From a virus, in the IMG/VR virus record IMGVR_UViG_3300032782_000006, positions 13,568-77,567 of that record: DNA of 64,000 bases; one strand, given 5' to 3'. The position numbers were made by a program, and so were the translations under genes. The notes under the pieces are model-generated. The model was not told the DNA's origin, ran no database searches, and saw only the letters and a program-made list of their open reading frames with translations. Shown piece after piece: positions 58,323 to 64,000 of this stretch; position 1 is the stretch's first letter, and the number at the start of each line of letters is the position of its first letter.

Positions 58323-61300
58323 TTAGATCATCCTATGGGCATCTTGGTATCTCAATGTGACTTTTACAGACATTCTGTTTACCGTTGATCCTATTCCTGG
58401 CATGGTCATCAGGAATGTGTTATTAGTAGGTTGGTTGGTTATCTGAGTTCCATCTGCTAGATTTTGAGGGCCACCTACCAATATCTGAGGAATTTCAGCA
58501 TCGATTGTCACGATGTCAGTATAGAGATAAATCGAATTTATAATACAGCTAGGATTCCCCCAAATCAGTACATAAAACTGAGTCTGGCCTTTTAAAGACA
58601 TGTTCGCTGCATTGTCTAGTTCTACACAATATGGATAAGCACAATTTGGAGCAGACGTAGAATTCATATCTACCGGCCACCAAACCGATTTGTTCACTCC
58701 ATTTACGCATACGGTAGTATATATTGTACTTCCATTAACGGTGAATCCACATCCAAAACTACTATAATTTGTACCGTTATTTCCTCCTCCACTTACTAAA
58801 GTACCTGTTCCTGTTCCAGCTGGGACCGCTGCTGAAATCCCACAGTTTGCAGGTGCAATATATACATACGGATTCCCACTACACAAATCTAGTTGGAGAT
58901 ACGGAATCCCAGTTATAGGATATCGTGTGTCAAAATAGTAAATTACCCATCCATTTGATGCAAGAGTTAGCAAATTGATAACGGAGTTTTGGACTGGGAT
59001 ATTTGGATATGTTGTAGTCATTCCAGACATGGTTGCGTTTACATCGTACCAGGATATTGTTTGGTATGTGATATTTTGGAGACAGTCTTTATATTCAAAA
59101 GATCCGGTACCATCATTATTAATTGCAATCGACATTCCAGGGTATAACTGATTACTCAATTGTAATATTTTTAAAGGATCTGCCTGATTCCAAATTTGAA
59201 CACCTAATGACGGAGTATTTAAAGCACTCCAATAAATATCAGTAACACTATAACTCGGATTCATCCAAAACGCTTGACCCGTAGTGATACTACATTTTCC
59301 CCAAAATCGAATCCTAATTTCTTGATTTCTATCTATATGGGTTATGTATGGATTAGTCGATTCTAAAAACCAAGTTACATCATCATTACATGTCCGTGAC
59401 CATGTAGAAATTGTTGTAGTTGATAGAGGGTTGTTCCCATCAGAAGAACTATAAACACTATACTCGACGTATGTAGTGACTGTACATCCATGCACACATC
59501 TATGCCGAATACCACAATGATCTATTCGATATCTTCTCCACCCATCCGCAGGCCACAATCTATATTCCTTTATTAAAGTATAAGTTGCAGTCGTATATGA
59601 AATTTGATAATTATCAAGAGCAGCAGTATTAAACCCTTCAGTCCATAATGCAGCACTACATTGCTGCATATTTGTAGCTTCCACATATATGTTTGGAGTA
59701 ACATTCACTGTTCCAGTAGTGGTAATATTGGTTCCAATAAGTGCGTCATCATATTGGTGACCAGGCTGGAGAGATACAAAATCTATCATACACCAGGAAT
59801 TACTTGGCATCACTCCACCATTAGAAACATCCCCTCCAAATATTTTTACTTGTACAAAAGGTTGGCTCGTTGAAAAAGTGTAGGTATCTGTTAATGTAGT
59901 CCAGTTATATACTCCCGAATTGCCTGTATATTGATTACTCATTAATAACGCGCCATCTGTATCATATATATTTATAAACGCAATTGCAGTTCCCATATTA
60001 TATGTTGCTGCACATGATGTCAATATATATGGAATATTTGGTTTTACTTGTACAAATTGTTGAATCCCCCCAACTTTATTAGTGGTTCCATCTCCATTCA
60101 GTCCAAAAGATAATTTATTAGGATCTTGAATTCCAGGTGATCTCCATAATTGACTTCCAAACCATCCTGCTACCACACTCACGTCCCAATTTGTAGGTAA
60201 CCAAGGCCAGTCAGAACCAGCATTTTGATACCAACAATGAAAATCTCCATTATTAATAACATCTTCAGCTAACGAATCATTAGATATCCACGACCCTCCA
60301 GGGAGCCGGTCTGTCAAAATTTTAGTCCGAACTGTAGGAGTCATGGATTGCATGATAGGTTTGTCTGCAATAAACAAAACATTGTATGGATACGCATTTT
60401 GAGGGACTAAAGTAGAAAGTTTGATATCAGTAGAATGGGATGCACATATCCCCGTAATCCCCCAACCTGTGTATATTCCTCCCAATTCGAGTACTGATAA
60501 TCCAGTCACTTGAGAAGGAGTATAAAATGCTTGTATTACTTGTCTCATTTCGTTTAGAGAATAGGAATAACAGTCTAGAGTAACGTCACATCCTTCAAAC
60601 CCAAAATCTTCTATACAAAACCCGTCTGTTCCTGGCGGATGTTCTTGAGCAATCGACTTTTTAACATTTATTTTCTTGTTTTGCCATCTAAATGGGTATC
60701 CATTGATGTATGCGCTATATCCAGGGATATAATAATTTTTAGCAGGATTTGGCATATAACTTACTGGTGGCACATAAGGTTGGACTGAGGCTACGACTTG
60801 GTAATCGTTAACGCTAGTGATCCCATAATAGTTCTCGTTATTGTCTGCAAGTACATTATTTAACATTACCAACGCCATTTGAGTAGGGACTAGGTTACAA
60901 CATCCACATCCAGACCAAGCATATCTAAACGCCGGATTGTAATGACATCGAGTGTGACAAATATTGTTGTTAGTGAAATAAACCGTTTGACTACAACTCA
61001 CCGGAGCAAAATTAACTAAAACTCCAGCATGGAAACAGTTACTAACAGAGTTTGAATAAAATCTGGCTCCATTAAACCCTTGTAAACAGACCCCACAATT
61101 GTAATCAATTACAGTAGATCCTCCACAAAACTGAACCTGATTTGTATAAAACAGTAAATTTTTGTTTGGTTGAGATGCTCCGTTTCCAGTTTCAGAAATC
61201 ATGACCCCAACTCCATAAATATTGAGGATCACGTTTAAAAACATCACAATATTTACAGAAACTCCAGAATCATCTATAACTATAATTCCATGTTGAGTCG

Positions 61301-63347
61301 CAGCGGTGGAATTATTTGCACCCAATGCTTGTTGATCAGAAGAAAGAGTATTATTGGGGTCTACCCAACCAGTAATATAGTTGTTATTAATTGTTACATT
61401 TGCACAATCATAAATTTTTATTCCGCCTATAATCCCATCCGAGCGACCTGAAACTGTAATATTGTTGCTAAAAATAGATGCTCCGAGAGTGGCAGGTGGC
61501 GTTAACCCTAGATTAGGTACACATGATAACAAACATATACAAGAACAAAAAGTAAGGGAAAATACATTGTTTTGGATAATTATGTTAGACCCTTGACCGA
61601 CATAGATCCCAAATCCTACTAAATTTGTAATTTTAAGGTTATGTACATTCAAATTATTTATGCTAGCAAAAACAATTCCGCTTAGTTGATATCCCGGATA
61701 GAATGTAGCTGGATTTGCAAGATTTGCTTTGTTCCCATTGATTTCTCCGCCATAGATCTCTACATTTTGGATACTTGCAGAAGAATATAGCATGGCCTTC
61801 CCACTAGGGAAATTTGCTACACTCGGATTAGGGTTTAAAAGTAGTTTTGTAGAGTTATCCATTTTGATGATAGTAAAACTATACACGATCAATGGACTCT
61901 GAATATCGTAAGTATACCCTCCAGGAAGATATACTAAAGCCATATTAGTAGCAGAAGGTCCTAACGAATTTGCATAGGCTAAAGCTGCGTTTATTTGGAC
62001 ATCATCGTTCATCCCATCACAAACATAAGTTTGTTTTAGAACCCCCATCGATGAACTCGTAGCTCCAAGGAATACTGAAATTGTAATTTGGATTACCGAA
62101 AATAAAGTATTATTTGCAATTGCAACTCCAGTACCTGATACTATACTTGCTAAATGACCTGGGAATGTAAACCAAATTGCAGCCAAATATCTAGCAGTTA
62201 CAGCACAAGAACTTCCATTCACATTTAATGCATATCTTCCATTAATTGTGTATGGAGTTCCGGCAGTAACTGTCATTCCATACGCCACTACACAACTTCC
62301 GGCACCATTATTGATAGGAAGAGTATACCTACTTTGAGCATAATCCGTAGAATTTATGTTAACTCCATAATATATCCCAGAACTTGGAGATGCAGTTATT
62401 ACCTCTGCTTTTGCTAAAACTAATAATTCTGTTTGATATGAAACCGGAGTTAAACTTGTAGTCACACTTGGTTCATTTACAAGAGATGTGGTAGAAGGAG
62501 TATTACCGGTTGTACTATCTAAGTAAGATGTAATTTGTGTAGTATTTGCATCAAAAAACAGGATTGCAAATGCGCTTTTACTAACTGTGACTGTCCCCGC
62601 AAACTGTGCATAAACCATTCCACCATATGTATTAGTCCCTGAAATCCCCGTAATTGTTGCAAATGTAGTAGCTGAATCTGCAGCATTTGACGCATTTGCT
62701 GCTTGGAATGCTGACATCCCAGGAATAGCCGCCATTGAGGCTCCAACCCCAATAGATACTCCTTTTCCTTGGGTTATTTCGGTGGTTCCCGTTGGATTAT
62801 TGGTAGCATAATACATTGCTAATGCAGTAGCTGGACCGGATGGAGTGACGGATACATCTACATTTCCATCCATAGTATAAGCTTGAGCAGAATATGTTTG
62901 AGAAGTAGAGTTTTCTAGATATCTAAACTCGTCTCCATTAAATACATACACCAATAATGTACGGTTACTAATAACTACAGTCCCAGTCGTGTTTGTAGCA
63001 ACCAATCCGGTTACAGTATGTGATCCACTAGCAAGAGACCCTACCCAAAAACAACAGTTACGATTTGGACCAGTTGCGGCATACTGACTACAATACATTT
63101 GAGAGTGAACAGCTGATCCAGAAGTACCATCAATTCCGATAGCATTTGAAAAACCAGTAGTTACCCCCGCATCTGACGGTCCAGCATTGGCGTTATATAT
63201 TACCAAAACTGTTTGAGTTGCAGAAAGAGAAAAGGTTTTAGTTGGAGGGTTAGATGAGGGGTTATCTGCAACCAAAGTAGCACTGCTCGTGCTAAAAGCA
63301 GTAGTACTTTGGACTACATATTTAGTATTTATTGTAAGTAACGTCAT
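58323..63347 (-). CDS. Distal-tail-type multidomain protein: shared ~390-aa domain, disaggregatase-like beta-helix, Dit-like and CBM-like regions
   Basis: Immediately after the tape measure gene; YVCDGMNDDVQINAAL; PbH1 repeats; INNGDF...IDFVSLQ resembles a carbohydrate-binding module. Confidence 0.7.
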   Translation of the reverse strand: MTLLTINTKYVVQSTTAFSTSSATLVADNPSSNPPTKTFSLSATQTVLVIYNANAGPSDAGVTTGFSNAIGIDGTSGSAVHSQMYCSQYAATGPNRNCCFWVGSLASGSHTVTGLVATNTTGTVVISNRTLLVYVFNGDEFRYLENSTSQTYSAQAYTMDGNVDVSVTPSGPATALAMYYATNNPTGTTEITQGKGVSIGVGASMAAIPGMSAFQAANASNAADSATTFATITGISGTNTYGGMVYAQFAGTVTVSKSAFAILFFDANTTQITSYLDSTTGNTPSTTSLVNEPSVTTSLTPVSYQTELLVLAKAEVITASPSSGIYYGVNINSTDYAQSRYTLPINNGAGSCVVAYGMTVTAGTPYTINGRYALNVNGSSCAVTARYLAAIWFTFPGHLASIVSGTGVAIANNTLFSVIQITISVFLGATSSSMGVLKQTYVCDGMNDDVQINAALAYANSLGPSATNMALVYLPGGYTYDIQSPLIVYSFTIIKMDNSTKLLLNPNPSVANFPSGKAMLYSSASIQNVEIYGGEINGNKANLANPATFYPGYQLSGIVFASINNLNVHNLKITNLVGFGIYVGQGSNIIIQNNVFSLTFCSCICLLSCVPNLGLTPPATLGASIFSNNITVSGRSDGIIGGIKIYDCANVTINNNYITGWVDPNNTLSSDQQALGANNSTAATQHGIIVIDDSGVSVNIVMFLNVILNIYGVGVMISETGNGASQPNKNLLFYTNQVQFCGGSTVIDYNCGVCLQGFNGARFYSNSVSNCFHAGVLVNFAPVSCSQTVYFTNNNICHTRCHYNPAFRYAWSGCGCCNLVPTQMALVMLNNVLADNNENYYGITSVNDYQVVASVQPYVPPVSYMPNPAKNYYIPGYSAYINGYPFRWQNKKINVKKSIAQEHPPGTDGFCIEDFGFEGCDVTLDCYSYSLNEMRQVIQAFYTPSQVTGLSVLELGGIYTGWGITGICASHSTDIKLSTLVPQNAYPYNVLFIADKPIMQSMTPTVRTKILTDRLPGGSWISNDSLAEDVINNGDFHCWYQNAGSDWPWLPTNWDVSVVAGWFGSQLWRSPGIQDPNKLSFGLNGDGTTNKVGGIQQFVQVKPNIPYILTSCAATYNMGTAIAFINIYDTDGALLMSNQYTGNSGVYNWTTLTDTYTFSTSQPFVQVKIFGGDVSNGGVMPSNSWCMIDFVSLQPGHQYDDALIGTNITTTGTVNVTPNIYVEATNMQQCSAALWTEGFNTAALDNYQISYTTATYTLIKEYRLWPADGWRRYRIDHCGIRHRCVHGCTVTTYVEYSVYSSSDGNNPLSTTTISTWSRTCNDDVTWFLESTNPYITHIDRNQEIRIRFWGKCSITTGQAFWMNPSYSVTDIYWSALNTPSLGVQIWNQADPLKILQLSNQLYPGMSIAINNDGTGSFEYKDCLQNITYQTISWYDVNATMSGMTTTYPNIPVQNSVINLLTLASNGWVIYYFDTRYPITGIPYLQLDLCSGNPYVYIAPANCGISAAVPAGTGTGTLVSGGGNNGTNYSSFGCGFTVNGSTIYTTVCVNGVNKSVWWPVDMNSTSAPNCAYPYCVELDNAANMSLKGQTQFYVLIWGNPSCIINSIYLYTDIVTIDAEIPQILVGGPQNLADGTQITNQPTNNTFLMTMPGIGSTVNRMSVKVTLRYQDAHRMI

Positions 63348-63395
63348 TGTGGTACAATCTCCGTTTAGGGTACAATCTCAGTTTTAGGGAGGGAT

Positions 63396-64000
63396 TTACG
63401 GCATTCCAGCCATTGCAGATTCTAGAGCTGCTGATCCATAACCGTAGCCATTATTGTTCACAGTTCCTATATTAGTGTTGTTATCTCCGTAATTGTTTAT
63501 AGTGTTTGCTGCACTTTGTGACGCATTTGTTGCAGCGTTCCCAACATTTGTTAGACTATTATACAGATTATCTGCTTGACCTATTAAAGTATTGACTGAA
63601 GATCCTACTTGACCTAAATTACCCATTAGACCAGAGAAATCTGTAGAATCTGCTTGCTGGAGATTTTGGTTGAGTGCAGCAGATTGACCTACCATATCCC
63701 CTAATCCTTCTTCTCCGCCTCCACCACCGCTTTCATTGCTAGCTGAGGCACCTGCCCCACCTCCAACTGAAGAACCGCCTGAAGAGGCTCCTGCGGACCC
63801 TGAGAGGTTGCCTCCACCACCGGTCATACTACCTATAGCCCCAGACATTGCACTAGCAATATTCATAGTTCCAAATCCCCGGCCAAGAGGTAACATTCCA
63901 GTAGCTCCTCTAAACGTTCCTCCAAACGATCCAAGACCACCGAACGAACCCATCCCGCCACCGAATGGATGAGCTGTATGGAATGGAGACGCTATTCTAC
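63396..64000 (-). CDS. Tape measure protein, C-terminal part (runs off right edge)
   Basis: Frame open to 64000; Gly/Ser/Asn-rich end; directly upstream of the distal tail gene. Confidence 0.7.
   Translation of the reverse strand, partial: RIASPFHTAHPFGGGMGSFGGLGSFGGTFRGATGMLPLGRGFGTMNIASAMSGAIGSMTGGGGNLSGSAGASSGGSSVGGGAGASASNESGGGGGEEGLGDMVGQSAALNQNLQQADSTDFSGLMGNLGQVGSSVNTLIGQADNLYNSLTNVGNAATNASQSAANTINNYGDNNTNIGTVNNNGYGYGSAALESAMAGMP

Noticed and set aside
1-64000. CRISPR array or mini-array
   Set aside because: No regularly spaced identical repeats with unique spacers; the repeated motifs are dispersed promoters and leaders.

Overview
The window is almost certainly most of the genome of a tailed archaeal virus with siphovirus-type morphogenesis genes. 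The likely host is Methanosarcina or a relative, inferred from archaeal BRE/TATA promoters, disaggregatase-like beta-helix proteins, archaeal-type RHH/wHTH regulators and Methanosarcina-style signal peptides. The tape measure gene runs off both edges (N-terminus at 298, C-terminus at 63396), suggesting a circularly permuted assembly. Recognisable modules are tail (1-4155, 56378-64000), very large repeat fibres (4152-15240), capsid (15251-18533), a candidate lysis cassette (19694-21444), portal (23602-25023), terminase (36049-37852), an early region of small genes under a repeated promoter (30.7-44.7 kb), and DNA-metabolism genes (ParB-like, ERCC4, ThyA-family, annealase-like, LAGLIDADG, methyltransferase). 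I see no integrase, polymerase, helicase, tRNA or CRISPR array. The most notable unexplained signal is a conserved leader, GGAGATTGTACCAC, placed immediately before the start codon of several mostly structural genes. Two separately encoded structured RNAs (18846-18953 minus, 52414-52551 plus) display the identical loop CGUGGUAC, complementary to that leader, and the second also exposes AAUCUC, complementary to the other half. This looks like a virus-encoded sRNA/leader translational control system. Also notable: about 10 intergenic structured RNA candidates, about 7 genes that appear to start at ATA/ATT/ATC/ACG, a ThyA-family enzyme with the dCMP-type Asp, and several Gly/Pro/His-rich low-complexity peptides. 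All protein calls come from motif recognition and gene context, and all RNA folds were paired by eye; no searches or folding programs were run.
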